Shown piece by piece: positions 10,284 to 18,428 of a stretch of DNA of 24,600 bases. Source of the stretch: Promethearchaeati archaeon (lineage in GTDB: Archaea > Asgardarchaeota > Heimdallarchaeia > JABLTI01). The notes beneath the pieces are model-generated. The model was given only the letters and a program-made list of their open reading frames with translations, searched no databases and was not told the DNA's origin. The DNA lies in the NCBI GenBank assembly GCA_013166835.1, contig JABLTI010000041.1, positions 1 to 24,600 on the forward strand, written 5' to 3'. Made by a program: the position numbers and the translations under genes. How positions within the stretch are numbered: the stretch's first letter is position 1; every line of letters begins with the position of its first letter.

Positions 10284-12110
10284 ATGGAAGCTAATATCTC
10301 ACTCGAGACGACAAGCAAACCCATAAAACGAAGTAAAAGATTTGCTACACTTGATTTTGCACGAGGGGTAGCTATTTTCTTAATGATCGGTCTTCACACC
10401 TTAGCTTTGGTTCTAAATATTCCTGATTTACTTGCGGTTATTGAAGATCTAGCTTTAGTGAATCTAATTATGTTAATAATCATACCTTTTTATGGGGGAT
10501 TGGCTGGATTCTTCCTTCTTGTTTCATCTGCTAGCAATATGGTAAGTATGTACAGAGACCTTGAGCGGGGCAATTCAATTAGAGGAATTGTTTTAAAACA
10601 AGTTTTTGGAGGAGTTCTCTTATTGATTTTCGCTATGCTTTGCGAAGCTTTAATTGGATATCATGGAGCTACTGGCAATTTCTTTCTAAACCTAAATGAC
10701 CTACCAGGATTCTTCCAATATAATCCCATACTAAATTACGAGAATTGGGGTGGTGGGGTTACATATAATTGGCAAGCTTTGCTTTTCCGTTTTAACCATT
10801 TTGAAACTATTCACACTATTGCCTGGTGTATAATTCTTAATGGAATGGTTCAAGGATTACTTTCTCTTAAGAAAAATTGGCAGAATAGAAGACGTATGAT
10901 GATTTCTTATATAATTTTAGCTGTGCTTGTAGTAGCTCTCACTCAACCTATTTGGGATTTAGTTAGTTTATATGGTCCAGGTTATCCATTTGGAATTATA
11001 CCGGAAACGGGGAATGTCTTATTTACGCCTGTATTGGGAGAAGACAAGTGGTGGCGATTTATTGCTGCACCATTTCTTAGTGCTCTAGCAGCTCCAATGG
11101 AACCCATTTTCCCCTATCTTACTATATCATTCATTGGTAGCATTATTGGGATAGAGATAACAAAACCTCGTGAGAAATTAAACAAAAAATTCCCAAGAAA
11201 CATGTTTCTTGTTGGTACAGCCATGTTTGTTGTAGGTTTAATTGGAGTAGCTGTGATCATCATTGGAATCATGAACAAAACAGATTTTGATACTGCTATA
11301 GGAATATATCAATTGCTTCCTTATCACCGGCATTATTCCCCTAGTTATGCAAATTACATACCACCATTTGCTTGGGTTGCACAATTCCTCTGCGTGAATG
11401 GTTTTGCTGTAATGCTGGTCATGTTCCTCTTCAGATTAATAGAATATCGAGGTCGAAGCAAAGCATTCTCAGATAGGTCAAAAACTGTGAGAAGATTTGG
11501 TACTGTTGCTTTTTCAAATTATAATAATCAGTTTATCTTTTACATCATCTTCTACTTGTTGTCCTATGCGATTTACTTTACACCGTATGCCAAATTTTAC
11601 TGGGCTGGAACGTTTCTAGTCATTCTAGTAACGATAGCTGTCTTCACTCTCTTGTTAATTGGCTGGGAAAAAATCAAGTACACTGGCTCTCTGGAATGGT
11701 TTATCAGAACGGTAACGAATAACGTCATTCCGACTCGTAAGAAAAGATTCGATCCCTCTGTTAAGTGGTGGCAGAAAGGACAAGTTGATGTTGAAGGAGC
11801 ATTCTACAATCCTGAATGGATTGATTTAGCTGACCCAGCGGAAGAGAAAGCAAAAGATGAAAAGCAATTCTTGAAAGATCAAAGCGAATCAAAACTTGCA
11901 CTAATATTGGCAATCGTTGGACTTGTGACTATAATCTTGAATGCGGCAAGCATTTTCGGATTATTTGTATCATTGCGAGCAAGAAAAATTGAAGGAAAGA
12001 ATAGAAAGAATACAAGAGCACTCATCATCTCTATTGTTGGATGCGTTTTATTCGCAGCTTTCTACATAGTCTGCTTTAGTCTAAAAATAGGTGTACTAGG
12101 TATCTTCTAA
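10284..12110 (+). CDS. multi-pass membrane acyltransferase-like protein (HGSNAT/DUF1624/acyltransferase-3 superfamily)
   Basis: N-terminal RFATLDFARGVAIFLMIGLH signature, more than 10 TM segments, PIFPY and GSLEW motifs. Confidence 0.7.
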   Translation: MEANISLETTSKPIKRSKRFATLDFARGVAIFLMIGLHTLALVLNIPDLLAVIEDLALVNLIMLIIIPFYGGLAGFFLLVSSASNMVSMYRDLERGNSIRGIVLKQVFGGVLLLIFAMLCEALIGYHGATGNFFLNLNDLPGFFQYNPILNYENWGGGVTYNWQALLFRFNHFETIHTIAWCIILNGMVQGLLSLKKNWQNRRRMMISYIILAVLVVALTQPIWDLVSLYGPGYPFGIIPETGNVLFTPVLGEDKWWRFIAAPFLSALAAPMEPIFPYLTISFIGSIIGIEITKPREKLNKKFPRNMFLVGTAMFVVGLIGVAVIIIGIMNKTDFDTAIGIYQLLPYHRHYSPSYANYIPPFAWVAQFLCVNGFAVMLVMFLFRLIEYRGRSKAFSDRSKTVRRFGTVAFSNYNNQFIFYIIFYLLSYAIYFTPYAKFYWAGTFLVILVTIAVFTLLLIGWEKIKYTGSLEWFIRTVTNNVIPTRKKRFDPSVKWWQKGQVDVEGAFYNPEWIDLADPAEEKAKDEKQFLKDQSESKLALILAIVGLVTIILNAASIFGLFVSLRARKIEGKNRKNTRALIISIVGCVLFAAFYIVCFSLKIGVLGIF

Positions 12111-12111
12111 C

Positions 12112-12140
12112 CTATTTTCTATTTTCCTTTTTTTTTTATT
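12112..12140 (+). terminator. oligo-T terminator tract
   Basis: TTTTC/T10 runs directly after the stop at 12110. Confidence 0.45.
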
Positions 12141-12201
12141 CAATAGAAAAAAGGGAGAAGAAAAGAATGATCTACAAATCATCCTCTTCATGTTTTGGAG
12201 C

Positions 12202-12423
12202 TTATAATCCTCTAACAGCGTAAGATGTTCGATAGATTCCACCAAATAGATAGCCGTCCCAATCATAGACATTATCATAGTCAAAATCGATGTAATAGAA
12301 TCCAAGAATCATTATATCTCTGAAGTAAGCATTGATATTTTTAGTAGCTGATTTGTCGCAGATAATCCACTCTCCGGGCCATTCTGATGAAGAAGGATTG
12401 GTTAAGCTAGCAGAAAAAATCAC
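12202..12423 (-). pseudogene. possible gene remnant or small ORF
   Basis: 73-codon ORF with protein-like aromatic/acidic composition, no SD, and two in-frame stops just upstream. Confidence 0.25.
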
Positions 12424-12525
12424 AACATGGAGAGATTATTACTCGAATTGATCAGTGGGCAGTGCATGTTAAGAATTATTATAATTTCATTAAGGATTAA
12501 ATTCTTTACTTGCATTATTACTATC

Positions 12526-12543
12526 AAGAAAAGTATTAAATAG
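12526..12543 (+). promoter_or_regulatory. putative BRE/TATA promoter of copy 1 (retained in copy 2 near 13753-13770)
   Basis: Purine-rich AAGAAAAG followed by TATTAAATAG, conserved in both duplicated upstream regions. Confidence 0.5.
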
Positions 12544-12622
12544 CTCAATTTTTCACCATAAAATTAGCTACAATAAAGTGAAGAAATCTAAAATAAGAAT
12601 TTAAGAAATGAGGAGATAACTA

Positions 12623-13711
12623 ATGGCATCGATTGAAGATTATATTGTAGAACAATTCACACTAACAGATTCAGAAATACCGAGACTTGTGAAATTACTT
12701 ACAAGTGCATTTCAAGAGGATGAAGCTGCAGAAGAAGAGGGAGCTAGTATTGAACTTTTAGAGGATAATTTCGAGCTAATTTTTGGAGTTCCTTCCATCG
12801 ATAAAGAAATGTTTGTACGAGCAAAACATAAGACAACCAATGAAATCGTTGGATTCTTAGGTTCAATTAAACAGAGATTATCGATTGAAAACAAGATCTA
12901 TACAATTTCTCTTCCTTGCTGGCTTTCTGTTCATAGAATGCATCGTAGGAAAGGGATAGGAAAAGCAATGGGTCAAAAAATGATGGAAATGGTTTTGGGA
13001 AGGAATTATGATGCTGCTGTTACTTTTCACGATGCCAGTCAAAAGGGATTAGAAACTTCACAAGCAGTCTCTCGAGAGACTGGGAAACCTCTTGAGCTAT
13101 TAACGTATATGAAAAGATTTGTAATTCGTCCACTTGATATAGAAGAGGCTTCTAGAGTTGTTAAGCTTCATTGGATTGCTAAATTTTTCCTTAAAACAAA
13201 GGAAGGAGTTGGGAAAATCAAAAGCTCTCGAGTGCGTCTCCTCAAACCTGAAGATATCGATCAAATTTGTGAATTAACAACTGATTTATCGAACAGAACT
13301 CAAATTGCTTTGGTTCAAGATTGTAAGGATATAAAATGGAAGCTAAGTAACCCAAGGGTACTTTGTGTAGTACATGAAAATGAGCAAGGACAGGTTGACG
13401 GGTTCATTAATGGTTGGGAATTCTTATTGGCAGGATTTGGAAAAGCTGTAAAATTTGGTTGGATGGATACCGTTCATACTTATAATCTAACTAAAAAAGA
13501 GGTTATATCCTTAGCTAATCTTTTAAGTAGCGAAGCAAGAAAACGCGGCTGGAAAGGCATTCAAACACCATTTATTCCATATTTCGATGCTAAACCATTC
13601 AGAAAAGCTAATTTCGTTTTGTTCTCTAAGAAAATCGGTATGTACTTTTTCAACTTAACAAATATTTCACTGCCCAAGAAAGTTAAATCAATTTATTTCG
13701 AATGGCGATGA
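12623..13711 (+). CDS. double-GNAT acyltransferase, N-myristoyltransferase-like (copy 1)
   Basis: Acyl-CoA binding motif WLSVHRMHRRKGIG, second GNAT domain starting at VRLLKPEDIDQI, GAGGAG SD. GNAT call is firm; NMT-likeness is from a by-eye comparison. Confidence 0.8.
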   Translation: MASIEDYIVEQFTLTDSEIPRLVKLLTSAFQEDEAAEEEGASIELLEDNFELIFGVPSIDKEMFVRAKHKTTNEIVGFLGSIKQRLSIENKIYTISLPCWLSVHRMHRRKGIGKAMGQKMMEMVLGRNYDAAVTFHDASQKGLETSQAVSRETGKPLELLTYMKRFVIRPLDIEEASRVVKLHWIAKFFLKTKEGVGKIKSSRVRLLKPEDIDQICELTTDLSNRTQIALVQDCKDIKWKLSNPRVLCVVHENEQGQVDGFINGWEFLLAGFGKAVKFGWMDTVHTYNLTKKEVISLANLLSSEARKRGWKGIQTPFIPYFDAKPFRKANFVLFSKKIGMYFFNLTNISLPKKVKSIYFEWR

Positions 13712-13848
13712 TTTCGTAAGAGTTTAGATGATTTACTTGCTTTAATACTATCAAGAAAAATATTAAATAGCTCAATTTTTCACTATAAAATTAACTGTAA
13801 TAAAGTATATGAAATCTTATAAGAACTTAAGAAATGAGGAGTTTATTG

Positions 13849-14937
13849 ATGGCATCGATTAACGATTATGTTGTAGAGCAATTTACCCTAAAAAATTCAG
13901 ATATACCAGGTCTTGTAAAATTACTAACAAGTGCATTTCAAGAGGATGAAGCTGCTGAAGAAGAGGGAGCTAGTATTGAACTTTTAGAGGATAATTTCAA
14001 GCTAATTTTTGGGGTTCCTTCCATCGATAAAGAAATGTTTGTACGAGCAAAACATAAGACAACCAATGAAATCGTTGGATTCTTAGGTTCACTTAAACAG
14101 AGATTATCGATTGAAAACAAGATCTATAATATTTCTCTTCCTTGCTGGCTTTCTGTTCATAGTTTGCATCGTAAGAGAGGGATTGCAAAGGCAATGGGTC
14201 GAAAAATGAAGGCAATGGTCATAGAAAGGGGATACGATGCTGGAATTACTTATCATGATGTAGGTCAAAAAGGGTTAGAAACTTCACAAGCAGTTTCTCG
14301 AGATACTGGAGTACCTCTAGAGCTGTTAACTTTCATAAAGCGATTCGTAATTCGACCGCTTAATGTAGATGATGCTATGGCAGTTGTTAAGATTCATTGG
14401 ATTGCAAAATTATTCCTCAAAACTAAACAAGGAGTTGGGAAAATCAAAAGCTCTCAAGTGCGTTTATACAATCCAACTGATATAGATCAGATTTGTGATT
14501 TGTCTGCAAATCTTTCAAAAAGAACACAGATTGCTTTAGTTCAAGATTGCGAAGATTTGAAATGGAAGCTGAGTAATCCAAGAGTAATTTGTGTGATTCA
14601 TGAAGACAAACACGGAAAGATTGATGGATTCATTAATGGTTGGGAATTCTTGCTTGCAGGATTTGGAAAAGCTGTAAAGTTTGGCTGGCTGGACACGATT
14701 CATACTTACAATTTGACAAATAAAGAAACAATATCCTTAGCTAATCTCTTTAGTAGCGAAGCAAGAAAACGCGGTTGGAAAGGCATTCAAACACCATTTA
14801 TACCATATTTTGATCCTAAACCATTCAGAAAAGCTAATTTCGTTTTGTACCCTAAGAAAATCGGCATGTACTTCTTTAATATAACAAATATTTCTCTGCC
14901 TAAAAAAGTTAAATCAATCTATTATGAATGGCGATGA
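13849..14937 (+). CDS. double-GNAT acyltransferase, N-myristoyltransferase-like (copy 2)
   Basis: Paralog of copy 1. ATG 13849 behind GAGGAG gives the same 362 aa length with no indels. Confidence 0.8.
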   Translation: MASINDYVVEQFTLKNSDIPGLVKLLTSAFQEDEAAEEEGASIELLEDNFKLIFGVPSIDKEMFVRAKHKTTNEIVGFLGSLKQRLSIENKIYNISLPCWLSVHSLHRKRGIAKAMGRKMKAMVIERGYDAGITYHDVGQKGLETSQAVSRDTGVPLELLTFIKRFVIRPLNVDDAMAVVKIHWIAKLFLKTKQGVGKIKSSQVRLYNPTDIDQICDLSANLSKRTQIALVQDCEDLKWKLSNPRVICVIHEDKHGKIDGFINGWEFLLAGFGKAVKFGWLDTIHTYNLTNKETISLANLFSSEARKRGWKGIQTPFIPYFDPKPFRKANFVLYPKKIGMYFFNITNISLPKKVKSIYYEWR

Positions 14938-15081
14938 GTTTAGGATAAGAGAATTCTGGTAGAATTATACCTCTACTTCAAAAATCTGTTAATTGTCAAG
15001 GCAACAAACTTTATGTTTTCGATAACTCTTTTGATTATTATCAAGAAAATTCATTCAATTGATGATTGAGACGTGATTAAA

Positions 15082-16497
15082 ATGAGTTATTGTCCTTACA
15101 TAAATGGTGACTTGATTAAATTACAACATGAATATGAGGTACTAAGTTGTCATTCACAAACTGATACTTATTGGATATTCGATGCAGTTAATTCTGCAAC
15201 GAAGAAAAAAGTTGTGGTTAAAGTCTTTTATAATGATGGATTTTCTAGCATTGTTGAAGCTAGAAATACCTGGATAAGTGAAATCGAGAACCTTCAAACT
15301 AAAGCTGAATATCAAGGATTACCTATTGATTATATTGAATCCGGAGAGAAATCAGAATTAGGAAAAACACAGTTCATTATTGTTTTTAGTTATATTAAAG
15401 AAGAAGACGATGAAAAAGAAACTCTTAAAGTTGCTTCTGAGAGCATAGAAGCTCCAAGAGACATAGAAATTGAAGGGAAAGCTGAGGAAGTAGCATTCAA
15501 GGAAGCTGATGATTTTGTGGAAGACGAAAAAGCAAAAGCTGAACTAATTGAAGAACCAGCAGTTGAAGAATTAGAAATTGATTCAGCTCTACCAGCGCCA
15601 ACTATAGCACCACCAACTACAGCTCCAAGATTAGGGGGAAGAGAAAGACTTTCCAAAAGGAAAGCAGCACAGAAAACAGCCGTAATAGAAGAATTCGCTG
15701 TAGAAGCTATAGAAGAAACTGTTGAAGAAACAGATGAAGAACTCATGGAAGAACCGGATTACGGTAGTCAGGCTATTGAGATTGCAGATGATTCAATGGA
15801 ACTTGAAGATGAAGATTATGAATCAGAATACTTGAAACAAATTTCCATGGAATACTTTGATAGAATGAATCCTCAGAATTATTATCCAATGACTATTAGT
15901 ATTTCAGACATTATTGAAGCGAAAAAAGCAGCAGTGGTCAATCCTATTACTGGTGAAAGAAAAATACAAAAACAAACTGAAATACAAGCGACATTAAAAG
16001 ATCCCATTGTCACAATTCGTCCAACTATTCCAGGATGTAGCGTTGTACCAAGTACAATTGATACTGATTTCAGTTACACCAAAGATGAAGTTACATTCTA
16101 TATCACTCCAGGAGTTAAAGGAGAAATTCTCGGTAAAATCGAGTTCCTAAATGAGGGAAAAGCAATTTACTCCTATGATTTTGAAGCAAAGGTTGTAGAT
16201 CCAAGATATGCTCGATTAATTGCTTTCTATGGAATTCTCACAAGTTTTGTTCCTAAGATAATAACTCTCCTAGGAGTTGACTTATGGCTTGGTAAAACAT
16301 TGTTTGATCTTTGGGGTACATCGGTAGATACTATCGGAAATATGAATATTGCTAGTCTCATCGCAATAGGAGGAATACTTCCTGTTTTAGTAGTAAGTAT
16401 GTTGGTACGTCAACGATTAAAACCAAAATCAAGTAGAGTGCATTACAAATTAACTGACTTCAGATTGAAAAATCTAAAGGTTAAAAGTAAATCCTAG
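15082..16497 (+). CDS. membrane protein: kinase N-lobe-like domain, acidic disordered linker, beta-rich domain, 2 TM
   Basis: KKVVVK...E..NL...FIIVFSYI N-terminus, about 145 aa Glu-rich/PAPT linker, YFDRMNP...PGC...VTFYITP domain, two C-terminal hydrophobic segments. Start 15073 or 15082. Confidence 0.7.
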   Translation: MSYCPYINGDLIKLQHEYEVLSCHSQTDTYWIFDAVNSATKKKVVVKVFYNDGFSSIVEARNTWISEIENLQTKAEYQGLPIDYIESGEKSELGKTQFIIVFSYIKEEDDEKETLKVASESIEAPRDIEIEGKAEEVAFKEADDFVEDEKAKAELIEEPAVEELEIDSALPAPTIAPPTTAPRLGGRERLSKRKAAQKTAVIEEFAVEAIEETVEETDEELMEEPDYGSQAIEIADDSMELEDEDYESEYLKQISMEYFDRMNPQNYYPMTISISDIIEAKKAAVVNPITGERKIQKQTEIQATLKDPIVTIRPTIPGCSVVPSTIDTDFSYTKDEVTFYITPGVKGEILGKIEFLNEGKAIYSYDFEAKVVDPRYARLIAFYGILTSFVPKIITLLGVDLWLGKTLFDLWGTSVDTIGNMNIASLIAIGGILPVLVVSMLVRQRLKPKSSRVHYKLTDFRLKNLKVKSKS

Positions 16498-16595
16498 TTC
16501 TGAAAACCATCACAAATTACTAGCAAGGTTTTCAAAGTCACTTGCTAGGAATCATTTTTCTATATTTTTAAGCTTATATTATAAATGACAAATCA

Positions 16596-16613
16596 TTAGT
16601 CAAATGTAACTAA
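16596..16613. promoter_or_regulatory. imperfect palindrome, putative operator of the wHTH gene
   Basis: TTAGTCAAATGTAACTAA matches its reverse complement at 14 of 18 positions and lies between a TTATAAAT box and the start codon. Confidence 0.4.
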
Positions 16614-16648
16614 ATAGAAGATTCAACTAACTTTACTTGGTGGATTTA

Positions 16649-17404
16649 ATGAAGAAGACTGAAGTATTTTCCTTAATCACAAATGAAACACGAAATGCTA
16701 TCATTATTAGATTACAACTAGCAGAGAAAGCAGCTTATTCAGATTTATTGGATACAGTAAATCATATTCATCCCTTACAAAGCACAGGCAATTTGAATTA
16801 TCATCTCAATTTCCTCATCAAAAGTGAGGTTATTTGCAAAGTAGGTTCGATATACAAATTAACAGAGAAAGGAAAGGAAATTACTAGATTCATTTCAGAA
16901 ATCGACCACATATGGGAAAAAATAAAGAAAATTATCAGAGGTGGAAATTTGAGTACATATAGTTTCGCAGAGCATTTTGAAGATGATACAGGTCATAAAA
17001 TGGATCGAGAAATGATTGAATTTCAAGGTTCAGAAATGATTATGGATGAAGGGAAAATTTTCGGAATCATTACTGATTTTGAAGAAAAGCATCTCTCAAA
17101 AGAATATGTAGAGCTCAATATTGAAGAATTAAAGGTAAAGAAGTTGAATCATAAACAAGAAAGTGGTGTTTCGAAAACCTATGTTGTCTTAGCACATCCA
17201 AAAATAGATTATTACATTTCACCAAAATACTATGGACTTATTCAGGATTATATTGAAAGAAACATTGGAGTGCCACAATTATATGCTCAATTCAGCAAAA
17301 TAGCACCCTTTATTATTAAAGCAAAGAATAATGATAAGAAGTGTTACTTCGTATTAGCTCCTTCTTCTATTGCTGAAATTAATATTAAAGACAAAAAGGT
17401 GTGA
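16649..17404 (+). CDS. ArsR-like winged-helix regulator with uncharacterised C-terminal domain
   Basis: NETRNAII...STGNLNYHLNFL...YKLTEKGK archaeal wHTH pattern. ATG 16649 behind GGTGG. Confidence 0.8.
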   Translation: MKKTEVFSLITNETRNAIIIRLQLAEKAAYSDLLDTVNHIHPLQSTGNLNYHLNFLIKSEVICKVGSIYKLTEKGKEITRFISEIDHIWEKIKKIIRGGNLSTYSFAEHFEDDTGHKMDREMIEFQGSEMIMDEGKIFGIITDFEEKHLSKEYVELNIEELKVKKLNHKQESGVSKTYVVLAHPKIDYYISPKYYGLIQDYIERNIGVPQLYAQFSKIAPFIIKAKNNDKKCYFVLAPSSIAEINIKDKKV

Positions 17405-17415
17405 ATTTTTAAACT

Positions 17416-17457
17416 AAGTTGTCTAGGAAGAATATAATTCCTGACAACTTGTTTTTT
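17416..17457 (+). terminator. hairpin plus T-tract terminator
   Basis: AAGTTGTC-t-AGGAA / TTCCT-GACAACTT 13-bp stem with one bulge, followed by GTTTTTT, starting 12 nt after the stop. Confidence 0.6.
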
Positions 17458-17637
17458 ACTTTATTAAATAATAATTTATTCTATTACGTTTTTTTTATAT
17501 TCATTCACCATGGAAATTTCTATTTATTGGATTTGAAACTGAAAAAGACTACATAACGAATAATTGCAAGCAATAATAATGAGAATTGAAAATAACTGTT
17601 TAAATAGGGATTTAATTATTTTTATTAGGAGAGAATA

Positions 17638-17895
17638 ATGGGAGAAGAAAAACAAGAAGAAAACGGAAAATACAAAAGAGAAAATAGAGTTATATTTTTT
17701 CTTAAAAGTAACAGATTCCTTTGTCTACTTTCCTTCCTCATTGCATTAGCTATTTCTTGTGTTCTTATATTTGTTGTTGTTAGTAAATATATTATTGTCA
17801 CAGCATTATCTGGAATTATATTCATTTCTTCAATAGCTATCACTTTATCTTTTTTTATATTCGTACCGTTTAAGTATTTTACAAAGAAGAACTAA
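17638..17895 (+). CDS. small 2-TM membrane protein
   Basis: AGGAG SD, two hydrophobic helices, basic tail. Confidence 0.65.
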   Translation: MGEEKQEENGKYKRENRVIFFLKSNRFLCLLSFLIALAISCVLIFVVVSKYIIVTALSGIIFISSIAITLSFFIFVPFKYFTKKN

Positions 17896-17905
17896 CTAGA
17901 TCTGT

Positions 17906-18352
17906 TTAATCCGACAATGACTCGCCACATTCTCCACAATAATTTCTGCTAATTGGATTTGATTCGCCACATGTTTTACAATAAACAGATGGTGGAGGAG
18001 ATTCTTCTTTTTCTTTCGTAGAAAAATCTAATAGACGAGAAAGACCAGAGGATTTCTTTAACGAATGAGCAGACTGATCATCAGGTGGAGGAGGTTTCTC
18101 AAGTTGAGGAGCTAATTTTTGATAGTAGTTTTGATATTCTTCTATTATTTCAGAATCAGTTACTCGATATTTTGCTTGCCCAACTCTCCCAATAAGACCA
18201 GTATTAAGCAATTCACTTAAAGCTTGTTTGATAGCACTATTAGATAATTTAGTGTATTCTTGGATCTCTTGCCAAGTTTCCATTCCTTCAACAATAATAG
18301 CTTCTAAGACTTGCCCCTTCCAAGTACCATGAAACCTAGGTGTAGCACTCAC
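17906..18352 (-). CDS. winged-helix plus Pro-rich linker plus zinc-ribbon protein
   Basis: TWQEIQEYTKLSNSAIKQALSELLNTGLI HTH, terminal CKTCG...CGECG, GTG start behind GAGGGG. Confidence 0.75.
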   Translation of the reverse strand: MSATPRFHGTWKGQVLEAIIVEGMETWQEIQEYTKLSNSAIKQALSELLNTGLIGRVGQAKYRVTDSEIIEEYQNYYQKLAPQLEKPPPPDDQSAHSLKKSSGLSRLLDFSTKEKEESPPPSVYCKTCGESNPISRNYCGECGESLSD

Positions 18353-18428
18353 TATAACCCCTCATAATTCCTAGTATACATACTATTACGAAATTAATTA
18401 GTTTTGTTCTTGGGTATGTAGTTGTAAA

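Larger units (their letters stand above)
12505..14937 (+). repeat. tandem duplication of a ~1.2 kb promoter+gene unit (12505-13711 / 13732-14937)
   Basis: Both copies begin TTTACTTGC and share TACTATCAAGAAAA.TATTAAATAGCTCAATTTTTCAC and TTAAGAAATGAGGAG before ATGGCATCGATT. Both end GAATGGCGATGA. Confidence 0.95.

Noticed and set aside
17402-17450. TGA followed by a hairpin as possible selenocysteine recoding
   Set aside because: Readthrough would add only about 10 residues, the protein is not a redox enzyme, and the hairpin lacks a recognisable SECIS core.
17638-17895. Met-Gly start (MGEEKQ) as a substrate of the NMT-like enzymes
   Set aside because: Acidic residues follow Gly and there is no Ser at the usual position. 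A single MG start is expected by chance.
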